DNA from: an uncultured Planctomycetia bacterium | GTDB lineage: Bacteria; Omnitrophota; Gorgyraeia; JABMRG01 | Direction of reading: 5' to 3' | Length of the DNA: 52,326 nucleotides | Assembly: GCA_964523875.1 (NCBI GenBank) | Contig: CAZGAS010000002.1 | Span: forward strand, 20,432 to 72,757 | Shown: positions 29,377 through 38,293 of the stretch, piece by piece | Layout of the letters: every line of letters starts with the position of its first letter | Numbering within the stretch: position 1 is the stretch's first letter | The notes under the pieces: model-generated | What the model was told of the DNA's origin: nothing | The model's database searches: none | Seen by the model: only the letters and a program-made list of their open reading frames with translations | Program-made: the position numbers and the translations under genes

Positions 29377-29955
29377 ATGGAAGTTGAGAATATTGTAATA
29401 CGTGCTCAGGAAGGCGATAGAGAGGCCTTTGATGAGTTGTATAGCGAATACAAGAGGCCCATATTAAATTATTTGTACAGGTTCATTGGCAACCGTCATT
29501 GTGCAGAGGAGCTTACGCAGGAGACATTTATCAGGGCGTATATCAATCTACATAGGTATGAGCCCAGGGCAAAGTTTTCATCATGGCTCTATAAGATAGC
29601 AGGTAACCTGGCAAGAAATTTTTTACGACACGCCTCTTACGATAAAAGAGTCAGGCCTGTTAAGGTGGATCCTTATGCCACCGGAGAGTTTTTACTTACT
29701 GAAAATATTGGGACCCGGGAGAGAGGCCCTGCTGAACGCGCGCAGGCAAAAGAGACAAAAGCACTTATTCAGCAGGCGATAGATCACTTGCCAGCTCATT
29801 TAAAAGAAGCAGTTATCTTGTGTGACATACAAGAACTATCATACGAAGCTGCCGCAAAGATAATGAAATGCAGGCCCATGACAGTTGGCTCGCGCCTATG
29901 GCGCGGAAGAAAAAAGCTAGCGGAGCTACTGAATTATATTAAAAATGGGGAATAA
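29377..29955 (+). CDS. ECF (group 4) sigma-70 family RNA polymerase sigma factor
   Basis: 192 aa. Region 2 (FDELYSEYKRPILNYLYRFIGNRHCAEELTQETFIRAY) and a region 4 HTH (LSYEAAAKIMKCRPMTVGSRLWRGRKKL). Confidence 0.9.
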   Translation: MEVENIVIRAQEGDREAFDELYSEYKRPILNYLYRFIGNRHCAEELTQETFIRAYINLHRYEPRAKFSSWLYKIAGNLARNFLRHASYDKRVRPVKVDPYATGEFLLTENIGTRERGPAERAQAKETKALIQQAIDHLPAHLKEAVILCDIQELSYEAAAKIMKCRPMTVGSRLWRGRKKLAELLNYIKNGE

Positions 29956-29960
29956 CTAAG

Positions 29961-31406
29961 ATGAAATGTGAAATTAAGTTTAAAGATATTTCGCTCTATT
30001 TAGACGGAAGATATAGCCAAAAGAAGAGAGAGGCTCTACAGGTTCATATTGCTGATTGCCCCCGCTGCAGCAAAAAGGTAGATGAGATTAAAACCTTGAG
30101 AGCTTCTCTCACTAGGCTTGTGCCGATTGAGGAATCATCAGGATTTGATTTTGAGTTTAATCGGTCACTTGATGAGCGGCTAAGGTACCGGAAAGAGCAT
30201 GATTGGAAAGCCAAGATCCAAGGTGCGGCGTCCAATATAATGGATTCTATTGTTATGCCTATGCCTGCTATTGTAAAGGTAGCGGCATCATTTATACTTG
30301 TTTTTTCTTTGGCGTGGTCCATAAGGGCCCAGGCCCTGCAAAAGATGCCTTTTATTGAATTTAGCGCTGGAGAGGCCAGGATATACAGACAGGCAACGAA
30401 TAATTGGATCGCGACAAGGCCTAAAATGCGATTAAAGGCAGGTGACAAAATAAAGCTGAGCGCCGGAGCTGTTGTTAATATCGCCTCAAAAGGCAGGTAC
30501 AAGGCAAGGATCAAGGATGAGTCGTTAATAGTCTTATCCAAGCTCAACAGCGGGCTACGTAATATTGATACAGATTTCAGCATATCATACGGCAAACTCC
30601 TTGTAAACACTACAGATAAGTTTAAAGGCTCAAGCATGCGCATATATACACCTGCCTGTGACGCTGAGGTTGTCGGCACGGCCTTTATTGTAGAGGTGTT
30701 CCAGAACAGGACATGGCTTGGAGTACTCGAGGGAAGAGTAAGGCTTTTATCGAAAGTGCACCCATTAAAGGCAGGAAGCGTTAAAAGGCTTTCAACGTAT
30801 GTATCCGCGGGACAAGAGGCATCTACGATGCCATATTTATATTCTACGGTACCAAAACTGCTTTCGAATAGGGAATGGAAGACTATGCTTGAACTTTACC
30901 AGCTTGTTGAGAAGCCTCAGGTAATGCTCCTTCTCGGAACAGGCCCTAACAGGGTTGATGAGTTTCTTGAGAGGCCAATACCTGTATATATTCCTGACGC
31001 GGTAAGGCGTGTGACCCCCAAAGAGTTGCTTGAGGCCATCGACATTGTAAAACAAGCTACCAGAGAAGGTAATATTGAGCTTGTAAAGAAGAATACTCTC
31101 AGACTGCAAGGCCTGCTTGAAAGATATCCAAGCCCGCAGTATAGTGTTGAGATTCTTATGTTTATTGCCTCACAGCTTCATTACGTGCATGATTATATAG
31201 CTGCGCTTGAGGTGCTTGAAAAAGTAAGCGCGCAATATCCTGATTCAGAATTTGCCAGTCTTGCGCAATGCTCCATAGCAACAATCTATCAGAATAATTT
31301 TAAGGATATTGACAAGGCAAGAATGATATACAGTCAGCTTATTACAACATATCCTGGTAGCGCTGATGCCATAAGAGCAAAAGAGATGCTCTCACCTCAA
31401 AGATAG
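29961..31406 (+). CDS. Membrane anti-sigma factor: N-terminal zf-HC2, one TM, FecR-like domain, C-terminal TPR-like region
   Basis: 481 aa. HIADCPRC (H-x3-C-x2-C), TM segment AIVKVAASFILVFSLAWSI, a FecR-like beta-rich segment, and C-terminal helical repeats (EVLEKVSAQYPDSEFASLAQ...YPGSADAIRAKEML). It starts 5 nt after the sigma gene. Confidence 0.8.
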   Translation: MKCEIKFKDISLYLDGRYSQKKREALQVHIADCPRCSKKVDEIKTLRASLTRLVPIEESSGFDFEFNRSLDERLRYRKEHDWKAKIQGAASNIMDSIVMPMPAIVKVAASFILVFSLAWSIRAQALQKMPFIEFSAGEARIYRQATNNWIATRPKMRLKAGDKIKLSAGAVVNIASKGRYKARIKDESLIVLSKLNSGLRNIDTDFSISYGKLLVNTTDKFKGSSMRIYTPACDAEVVGTAFIVEVFQNRTWLGVLEGRVRLLSKVHPLKAGSVKRLSTYVSAGQEASTMPYLYSTVPKLLSNREWKTMLELYQLVEKPQVMLLLGTGPNRVDEFLERPIPVYIPDAVRRVTPKELLEAIDIVKQATREGNIELVKKNTLRLQGLLERYPSPQYSVEILMFIASQLHYVHDYIAALEVLEKVSAQYPDSEFASLAQCSIATIYQNNFKDIDKARMIYSQLITTYPGSADAIRAKEMLSPQR

Positions 31407-31474
31407 AGAGACAGGCACTGCCTAAAAACAATGTCTGTGCCCCCTAACTTTCTAAATCCGCATCACCAATTTTC

Positions 31475-31503
31475 TTGACTCGATATACACTATTTGTTAT
31501 ACT
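31475..31503 (+). promoter_or_regulatory. Candidate sigma70-type promoter placing the gpsA start codon almost at the transcript 5' end
   Basis: TTGACT (31475-80), a 17-nt spacer, then TATACT (31498-503). The gpsA ATG is at 31513 with no SD between them. Confidence 0.5.
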
Positions 31504-31512
31504 TATATTACT

Positions 31513-32511
31513 ATGCATAATATAAGGGAAATAAGTGTCTTAGGGGATGGCGGTTGGGGTACAACCTTGGCTATTTTGCTCTCAAAAAAAGGGCTAAAGG
31601 TTAAGCTTTGGAGCGCCTTTCCTGATTACGCAGATATAATAAAAAAGAGGCATGAGAACATAAAGTTCTTGCCTGGCATCAAGATGCCTAGCGAAATAGA
31701 GATTACAGCTGATATACACAGAGCGCTTGAGGGTACATCCGCTGTTGCTGTAGCTGTTCCCTCGCAATTTTTACGCGGTGTAATCTCTAGATTTAAGGAT
31801 ATTCATCTTGATTCCCGGATACTGGTAAGTGTAGTAAAAGGCATTGAAAACGTTACTTTTAAGCGCCCTTCTGAGATTATTAAGCATGAGATAGCTGGCG
31901 CGGAGATAGCTGTTCTTTCAGGCCCGACTATCGCTTGTGAGATAGCGCGAGGACTTCCCGCTTCCTGCGTGGTTGCCTCAGAGAAAAAAGATATTGCTAA
32001 GCAGGTGCAGGAGCTTTTTATGTCGGACCGTTTCAGGGTTTATACCTCAACGGATATGACAGGCGTTGAGCTTGGCGGAGCATTAAAAAATATTATAGCT
32101 ATTGCCGCTGGTATTGCTGACGGCTTAAAATTAGGTACCAATGCCAAGGCCGCGTTATTTACGCGCGGCTTAGTGGAAATGAAAAGACTAGGGGTTGCGC
32201 TTAGCGCTGAGCAGGAGACATTTAACGGATTAAGCGGTATTGGTGACCTGGTTACAACCTGCGTAAGTCCATATAGCCGCAATAGAAGAGTCGGCGAAGA
32301 GATCGCGAGGGGCAATAAGCTCTTGGAGATAATGGAAAATATGGATATGGTGGCAGAAGGCATCGAGACCACCAGATCTGTATATGGATTATCGCAAAAA
32401 ATAGGCATAGATATGCCTATTACAGAGCAGGTATATCAGGTACTTTTCAAAGAGAAGAACCCTCATACTGCTGTTAGTGATTTGATGTTAAGAGATAAGA
32501 AGCCTGAATAG
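31513..32511 (+). CDS. gpsA: NAD(P)H-dependent glycerol-3-phosphate dehydrogenase
   Basis: 332 aa. N-terminal GDGGWGTTLA dinucleotide fold, and LKNIIAIAAGI and GDLVTTC blocks. Confidence 0.95.
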   Translation: MHNIREISVLGDGGWGTTLAILLSKKGLKVKLWSAFPDYADIIKKRHENIKFLPGIKMPSEIEITADIHRALEGTSAVAVAVPSQFLRGVISRFKDIHLDSRILVSVVKGIENVTFKRPSEIIKHEIAGAEIAVLSGPTIACEIARGLPASCVVASEKKDIAKQVQELFMSDRFRVYTSTDMTGVELGGALKNIIAIAAGIADGLKLGTNAKAALFTRGLVEMKRLGVALSAEQETFNGLSGIGDLVTTCVSPYSRNRRVGEEIARGNKLLEIMENMDMVAEGIETTRSVYGLSQKIGIDMPITEQVYQVLFKEKNPHTAVSDLMLRDKKPE

Positions 32512-32540
32512 TTTCAATACTCATATTGACAATTTTGGTT

Positions 32541-32618
32541 CGGGGCGTAGCGCAGTTTGGCTAGCGCACTTGAATGGGGTTCAAGGGGTCGCCGGTTCAA
32601 GTCCGGCCGCCCCGACCA
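32541..32618 (+). tRNA. tRNA-Pro (anticodon GGG), CCA encoded
   Basis: Manual cloverleaf fold. Acceptor CGGGGCG/CGCCCCG, D stem GCGC/GCGC, anticodon stem CTTGA/TCAAG with loop A-T-GGG-G-T, T stem GCCGG/CCGGC with loop TTCAAGT, then A-CCA. Confidence 0.92.
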
Positions 32619-32673
32619 TAAATGAAGCCATAGCTTAGAGAGCGATAGCGAACTAAGTTGGATAGCTGAATTT

Positions 32674-32713
32674 ATACCCCCAGTTTTGTTTTCAATAGAA
32701 AACATGGGGGTAT
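32674..32713 (+). terminator. Nested hairpin downstream of tRNA-Pro (possible terminator)
   Basis: Outer stem ATACCCCC (32674-81) with GGGGGTAT (32706-13). Inner stem GTTTTC-AATA-GAAAAC (32688-32703). No immediate U-tract. Confidence 0.4.
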
Positions 32714-32832
32714 ATGCGTACATTTATTTCGAACGTAAGAAAGAAGCACATTAGTTTACATTTGACCCCATACCGCTCATTATGTTCGGGTATAGGGTAG
32801 GCAGTTTATGGGTTATTGCTTTAAGGTTTCTA

Positions 32833-32860
32833 CGCAATACACACAACGCAATACGAGATT
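32833..32860 (+). repeat. Heptamer repeat block CGCAATA-CACACAA-CGCAATA-CGAGATT immediately upstream of hom
   Basis: Four consecutive 7-mers read directly from the sequence. They have the same pattern as the right arm of the element at 45630-45664. The 10-mer CGCAATACGA is shared with 45651-60 and 22065-74. Confidence 0.8.
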
Positions 32861-32875
32861 TTGAAGGAGTATTAT

Positions 32876-34177
32876 ATGCGAAATATAAACGTGGGAATTA
32901 TAGGTTTTGGTAACATAGGCACCGGTGTCATAGACGCGTTGTTTAAAAAACGTACGTATTTGAAGAATCGCTTAGGTGTTTCTATAAATCTTGTAAGTGT
33001 CTGTGACAAAGATTTAAAGAGCAGACGCAGGATAAAGGTTAACAAGGGCATATTAACTGATAATGTAAATGATGTGCTTAACGACCCTAAAATAGACATC
33101 GTTATAGAGTTGATAGGCGGGATACAGCCAGCGCGTAAGATAATCATGCAGGCGCTGGAGAACAAGAAGCATGTTATTACAGCGAATAAGGCATTGCTCT
33201 CTATGTATAAAAGAAGCCTTTTTAAGGAGGCGGAGAAGAATGGCGTTGAGTTGCGATTCGAGGCAAGTGTAGCTGGTGGTGTGCCTATAATCAAGGCCCT
33301 AAGGGAAGGCCTTGTCGCTAATAAGGTCAATTCTATATACGGTATTGTAAACGGCACCTGTAACTATATCTTAACGGAAATGGCATATAGTGGTATAAGT
33401 TTTAATGATGCTTTAAATGGTGCCCAGAAAAAAGGCTACGCTGAAAGGCAGCCTGCGATTGATATTGAAGGCCTTGATTCAGCGCATAAGTTGGCGATAT
33501 TAGCGTCCTTGAGTTTTGGTATTGATGTAAAGCTTAAGGATATATATATAGAGGGTATAACTAATATATCCGCTGATGATATATTGTACGCGGACAGTTG
33601 GGGATATTTAATAAAGCTATTAGCGATCGCGAAGAAGGTGGGTAGAGAACTTGAGGTGCGGGTACATCCAACTCTTGTGCCTAAAAAACACCCGCTTGCG
33701 TCTGTAGGGAGTAATTTTAACGCTATCTTTGTAAATACAGATATGCTTGGGGAGGCACTTTTTTATGGAAAAGGAGCCGGTTCTGTGCCTACAGCAAGCG
33801 CTGTAATAAGTGATATTATTGATATATCCAGAGGCATATTAGGCAAGTCAATTGCCATACTGCCGAGCATTATATACGATAACCAGATCGATAGAATAAA
33901 AAAGAAGGATGATTTTTATTCCAGATACTATATACATCTAACAGCGATAGATAAACCTGGTGTACTCGCAAAGATATCTAAGATACTATCTGAACAAAAG
34001 ATCAGTATAGCCTTTGTAAGCCAGAAGGCCAGGAGGCGGGAGAGGCTTGTTCCTATTGTGATGATGACACACGCGGCTCAAGAGAGCGTTCTTTCTCAGG
34101 CACTTAAAAAGATAGACGCTTTAAGCGTTATTAAGAGAAAATCAGTTGTTATAAGATTAGAAGAGGATCTAAAATAA
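32876..34177 (+). CDS. hom: Homoserine dehydrogenase
   Basis: MRNINVGIIGFGNIGTG start 7 nt after AAGGAG (32864-69). Catalytic-domain blocks and a C-terminal ACT domain. The track TTG at 32861 lies within the SD. Confidence 0.93.
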   Translation: MRNINVGIIGFGNIGTGVIDALFKKRTYLKNRLGVSINLVSVCDKDLKSRRRIKVNKGILTDNVNDVLNDPKIDIVIELIGGIQPARKIIMQALENKKHVITANKALLSMYKRSLFKEAEKNGVELRFEASVAGGVPIIKALREGLVANKVNSIYGIVNGTCNYILTEMAYSGISFNDALNGAQKKGYAERQPAIDIEGLDSAHKLAILASLSFGIDVKLKDIYIEGITNISADDILYADSWGYLIKLLAIAKKVGRELEVRVHPTLVPKKHPLASVGSNFNAIFVNTDMLGEALFYGKGAGSVPTASAVISDIIDISRGILGKSIAILPSIIYDNQIDRIKKKDDFYSRYYIHLTAIDKPGVLAKISKILSEQKISIAFVSQKARRRERLVPIVMMTHAAQESVLSQALKKIDALSVIKRKSVVIRLEEDLK

Positions 34178-34182
34178 ATGAA

Positions 34183-34279
34183 CCCACAATTTATGGAGTA
34201 TAACGTGGGAGATAAATTGTTTAGGAAGAATTTATCTTGAAGACATGAAGTATCCGAAGCCTGCCTGCCGGTAGGCAGG
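34183..34279 (+). other. Three consecutive hairpins in the hom-thrC spacer
   Basis: H1 is CCCAC (34183-87) with GTGGG (34205-09). H2 is GATAAATT (34211-18) with AATTTATC (34229-36). H3 is CCTGCCT (34260-66) with AGGCAGG (34273-79). A T-rich run begins about 15 nt later. Confidence 0.6.
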
Positions 34280-34350
34280 GATCTAAATCATATCTTTTGT
34301 TTTTTATAAGAGCAACGAGTTGTCAATAACAGAGATAGAAAGGTTTCAGC

Positions 34351-35433
34351 ATGAGTTATAATGGCATTATAGACAAGTACATGGAGTATCTGCCAGTAAC
34401 AGAGAGCACCCCGCTTATTACTCTTCTTGAAGGTAATACGCCGCTTATACCAGCGCGGGGCTTAAATGGTATGCTTGGCAAGGGTTTCGAGGTGTTTTTA
34501 AAATACGAAGGATTAAACCCGACAGGTTCGTTTAAAGATCGTGGTATGACAATGGCAGTCTCGAAGGCCTTAGAAGCTGGTTCAAGAGCTGTGATGTGCG
34601 CTTCAACTGGAAATACATCAGCCTCCGCGGCCGCGTTCGCAGCACGTTCCGGCATAAGATGTATTGTGCTTATCCCAAAAGGAGCTATAGCGCTTGGAAA
34701 ACTTGCTCAAGCACTTATACATGGCGCGCAGGTAATAGCTATAGATGGAAATTTTGATGACGCGTTAGACCTTGTAAAAGAGATTACAGACAAGTATCCT
34801 GTTACTTTGGTAAACTCATTAAACCCTTTTAGGATAGAAGGACAGAAGACAGGCGCTTTTGAGATATGTGACGTACTTGGCGATGGACCTGATTTTCAAT
34901 GTATGCCTGTTGGCAATGCGGGTAATATTACAGCTTATTGGAGGGGTTATAAGGAGTACAAACAAAAAGGTATATCAACAAGGCTCCCCCGTATGTGTGG
35001 TTTTCAGGCTGCCGGTTCCGCGCCTATTGTTCATGGCAAGCCCATTAAGAACCCAGAGACTATAGCAACAGCTATAAGGATTGGTAATCCAGCATCCTGG
35101 CAGCAGGCTGTAGCGGCGCGTGACGAATCAGGTGGGCTTATTGATATGGTTACAGATGAGGAGATACTCAAGGCTTATCAGCTATTAGCTGGTAGAGAGG
35201 GTGTTTTCGTAGAGCCCGCGTCTGCTGCTTCTGTCGCAGGTCTCATAAAGTTGCATAAGCAGGGTTACTTTTCAAAGTACCGAAAACCGAAAACCGAAAA
35301 CCGTAATACTCGCATAGTATGTATATTGACAGGACACGGCCTAAAAGATCCTGACAGGGCAATAGAGAGTGTTAAACAACCTGTACTCGTTGCGGCAAAG
35401 CTTGAGGCAGTGGTTGATGTTATGGCGTTATAG
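34351..35433 (+). CDS. thrC: Threonine synthase
   Basis: 360 aa. PLP-lysine motif [10 protein letters not shown], plus ASTGNTSAS and TGHGLKD. Confidence 0.96.
   Translation: MSYNGIIDKYMEYLPVTESTPLITLLEGNTPLIPARGLNGMLGKGFEVFLKYEGLNPTGSFKDRGMTMAVSKALEAGSRAVMCASTGNTSASAAAFAARSGIRCIVLIPKGAIALGKLAQALIHGAQVIAIDGNFDDALDLVKEITDKYPVTLVNSLNPFRIEGQKTGAFEICDVLGDGPDFQCMPVGNAGNITAYWRGYKEYKQKGISTRLPRMCGFQAAGSAPIVHGKPIKNPETIATAIRIGNPASWQQAVAARDESGGLIDMVTDEEILKAYQLLAGREGVFVEPASAASVAGLIKLHKQGYFSKYRKPKTENRNTRIVCILTGHGLKDPDRAIESVKQPVLVAAKLEAVVDVMAL
35280..35300 (+). repeat. (CCGAAAA)x3 perfect heptamer run inside thrC
   Basis: ccgaaaa occurs at 35280, 35287 and 35294, followed by ccgtaat. The 21 nt are in frame and encode part of [11 protein letters not shown], upstream of the conserved [11 protein letters not shown]. 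Confidence 0.95.
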
Positions 35434-35456
35434 CGTAATAAATTAGGAGCATGCTT

Positions 35457-36665
35457 ATGAAATATATAATGTTAGTTGGTGATGGGATGAGTGGCAGGCC
35501 CTTAAAAGAGCTTAGTGATAATACGGTTCTTGAATCCTCACGGATACCTAATATGACCTTTATCGCGAAAGAAGGTAGAGTAGGCTGCGCCATTACAGTA
35601 CCCGAGAATTTGCAACCGGCAAGTGATGTTGCCAACATGGCACTCTTGGGATACGACCCACGCAAATATTATAGTGGAAGAGCGCCGCTAGAGGCAGCGA
35701 ATATGGGTATAGAGATAAAAGACCATGAAGTTGCTTTCAGGTGCAATACAGTTACAATAGCGGATGATAAGATGGCTGATTATTCCGCTGGCCATATTAC
35801 AAATAATGAAGCCCATAAGGTAATTAGAGCAATAGATAAGAGGTTAGGCTCTAATTCAGTAAGATTCTACCCCGGTATCAGCTATAGGCATCTAGCGGTT
35901 ATAGATTGTGATAAAGCTAAACTTGACAAAGACGAGCTTGTAAAGATTGTATGCACTCCTCCTCATAACATACTTGACAAGTCAATAGCCCGATATCTGC
36001 CGCGCGGACAGGCAAGCGGTTTTTTGACAGACCTTATGTTGAAGTCACAAGATATACTTAATAATCTGGATATAAACAGGGTCCGTATAGATCTTGGTGA
36101 AAATCCCGCGAATATGATATGGCTATGGGGCCAGGGCGTAAAGCCTGATATGCCACTTTTTAAAGACAAGTTCAATCTTACAGGTTCTATTATTTCGGCA
36201 GTAGATCTTATAAAGGGTATTGGCAAGATAATTGGTTTAGACCCTGTGGATGTGCCTGGCGCAACAGGGTATTATGATACAGATTACCTTGCCAAGGCAA
36301 AATACGCGCTTGGGGTGTTAGAGAAGAAAGACTTTGTATTTGTCCATGTAGAGGCCCCTGATGAGGCGGGCCATAATGGTGATGTAAGACAAAAGATTTT
36401 AGCTGTCGAGAACTTTGATAAGCTTGTAGTCGGTACTATTCTCGATGAGTTTAAAGGGAAGAATGGATTTCGTATAGTTGTCCTTCCTGATCATGCTACC
36501 CCTATCACGGTACGTACACATACGCGGGACCCTATACCTTTTGTGATGTATGGTGATGGCATAGAAAAAGATAAGATTGGTAGATATAGTGAGGCTACTT
36601 CAAAAACGAGTAAACTCTTTATTGAAGATGGGTTTAAAATTATGGATACTTTCTTAGCGAGATGA
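35457..36665 (+). CDS. Cofactor-independent phosphoglycerate mutase-like metalloenzyme (apgM family); candidate non-canonical homoserine kinase
   Basis: MKYIMLVGDGMSG N-terminus (the alkaline-phosphatase-superfamily DG motif), SDVANMALLGYDP, HVEAPDEAGH and PDHATP. ATG 35457 lies 7 nt after AGGAG (35445-49). It sits directly after hom-thrC. Confidence 0.8.
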   Translation: MKYIMLVGDGMSGRPLKELSDNTVLESSRIPNMTFIAKEGRVGCAITVPENLQPASDVANMALLGYDPRKYYSGRAPLEAANMGIEIKDHEVAFRCNTVTIADDKMADYSAGHITNNEAHKVIRAIDKRLGSNSVRFYPGISYRHLAVIDCDKAKLDKDELVKIVCTPPHNILDKSIARYLPRGQASGFLTDLMLKSQDILNNLDINRVRIDLGENPANMIWLWGQGVKPDMPLFKDKFNLTGSIISAVDLIKGIGKIIGLDPVDVPGATGYYDTDYLAKAKYALGVLEKKDFVFVHVEAPDEAGHNGDVRQKILAVENFDKLVVGTILDEFKGKNGFRIVVLPDHATPITVRTHTRDPIPFVMYGDGIEKDKIGRYSEATSKTSKLFIEDGFKIMDTFLAR

Positions 36666-38293
36666 ACGTACTCGTAATTATTGCGGGAACAGGTTTGATA
36701 TTTTGGGCAGGATATGTTTTATACGCTTCAAAGGTTGTTAATATATTCAAGCCGGATAAGCATAAGAAGACGCCCGCTTACACAAATTATGATGGTATAG
36801 ATTTTGTTCCGGCGAAACACTGGTCCATGCTTTTTGGGCATCATTTTTCATCAATAGCCGGCGCCGCTCCCGTAGTAGGTCCGATATTAGCAATCTCAAT
36901 ATGGGGTTGGGCACCAACATTACTATGGGTTCTGCTGGGCACTATCTTTATTGGCGGGGTACATGATTATTGTAGCCTTATGATATCAGTAAGGCACAAA
37001 GGGCGTTCTATAGCGGATTTCGCGGGAGATACGATATCTAATAACGCGAAAAGGATATTTCTTTCATTTGCGTGGGTTGCGCTCATTCTTATCATATCGG
37101 TATTTGTTCATCTTTGCGCGAAGACCCTGGTTTTGATGCCGTCTATTGTGTTGCCTTCTATTGGGCTTATACCTTTAGCTATGATTATTGGAGTTTTTTT
37201 ATACACTAAAAAACTTCTGAAGAAGCATAACCAGATAAGCGTGACGCTGTTAGGGCTTGTTTGCCTTGGCATCCTCATACGCCTTGGTTTGACATACCCG
37301 ATTTCATTAAATTACGCGCATCCTATTCATGTTTGGAGCATTATACTATTAGTTTACGCTTATTTCGCGAGCATTGCGCCTGTGCAGATATTACTACAAC
37401 CGCGTGATTACCTTTCATCATTTTTGTTGTTTGCGGGACTTGGTCTCGGTTATATCGGGCTTATTCTATATAAGCCGAGCATGAATTTCCCCGCTTTTAT
37501 CGGGTTTTCAGATGAAACAGCAGGCATGCTTTGGCCGGTACTTTTTATAACAGTTGCCTGCGGAGCTATTAGTGGTTTTCATTCACTCGTTGCTAGCGGA
37601 ACGACCTCAAAGCAGCTTCCAAATGAGATCTACGCGAAAAGGATTGGTTATGGTGGAATGGTAGCAGAGGGGTTTCTCGCGGTACTCGCGATTTTGGTAG
37701 TAGCCGTGGCGTATTCAAAAGTCGGTAACCTGAGGGGGATTGTTAATACCGGCGGAGGCCCGATTACCGCTTTTGCCTTTGGTTTTGGTGAGATAACCAA
37801 AGGTTTTTTAGGAGAATCCGGGCCATTGCTCGCGGTTCTTATACTAAATGCTTTTATATTTACTACCCTGGATACAGCGACAAGAATTGCCAGATATATT
37901 ACGCAGGAACTATTCTGTGTTAAGAATCGTTATATCGCGACCCTGGTAGTTGTCGCGCTGAGTGGCTGGTTGGGCCTAAGTGGCGAATGGAATGAAGTGT
38001 GGCCATTGTTTGGCGCGGCAAATCAGTTGATAGCCGCATTAGCGTTAATAGTTATTACAAGCTGGTTACTTGCGACGAGAAAACCTGTTATATACACAAT
38101 AGTGCCAACGATATTTATGCTTATAACGACTATAGCCGCTTTGCTGTCAAAAATAAGTGAATATATACAGGTTAAAAATATATTATTGGCTGTGATTGCT
38201 GTGGTGCTTATGTTTTTGGCATTTGTGGTTTTGTATGAGGCTGTTTTTGTGGCAATTAGAAACTATAGGAGAGTTCATCATGCTAAGGCATAA
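36662..38293 (+). CDS. CstA-family (carbon starvation protein A / pyruvate-peptide transporter family) membrane protein
   Basis: 543 aa, polytopic. CstA N-terminal blocks (FGHHFSSIAGAAPVVGPILA, GGVHDY, SGFHSLVASGTTSKQ). ATGA overlap upstream and a 14-nt overlap with lysC. Confidence 0.8.
   Translation: MNVLVIIAGTGLIFWAGYVLYASKVVNIFKPDKHKKTPAYTNYDGIDFVPAKHWSMLFGHHFSSIAGAAPVVGPILAISIWGWAPTLLWVLLGTIFIGGVHDYCSLMISVRHKGRSIADFAGDTISNNAKRIFLSFAWVALILIISVFVHLCAKTLVLMPSIVLPSIGLIPLAMIIGVFLYTKKLLKKHNQISVTLLGLVCLGILIRLGLTYPISLNYAHPIHVWSIILLVYAYFASIAPVQILLQPRDYLSSFLLFAGLGLGYIGLILYKPSMNFPAFIGFSDETAGMLWPVLFITVACGAISGFHSLVASGTTSKQLPNEIYAKRIGYGGMVAEGFLAVLAILVVAVAYSKVGNLRGIVNTGGGPITAFAFGFGEITKGFLGESGPLLAVLILNAFIFTTLDTATRIARYITQELFCVKNRYIATLVVVALSGWLGLSGEWNEVWPLFGAANQLIAALALIVITSWLLATRKPVIYTIVPTIFMLITTIAALLSKISEYIQVKNILLAVIAVVLMFLAFVVLYEAVFVAIRNYRRVHHAKA

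Noticed and set aside
32541-32875. tRNA-Pro followed by a long spacer could mark a genomic island or prophage attachment site.
   Set aside because: No integrase is present, I could find no direct repeat of the tRNA 3' end, and the downstream genes are core amino-acid biosynthesis genes.
34178-34237. The 19-codon ORF (MNPQFMEYNVGDKLFRKNLS) right after hom could be a threonine-operon leader peptide.
   Set aside because: It has no run of Thr/Ile codons and no obvious alternative terminator/antiterminator pairing tied to it.
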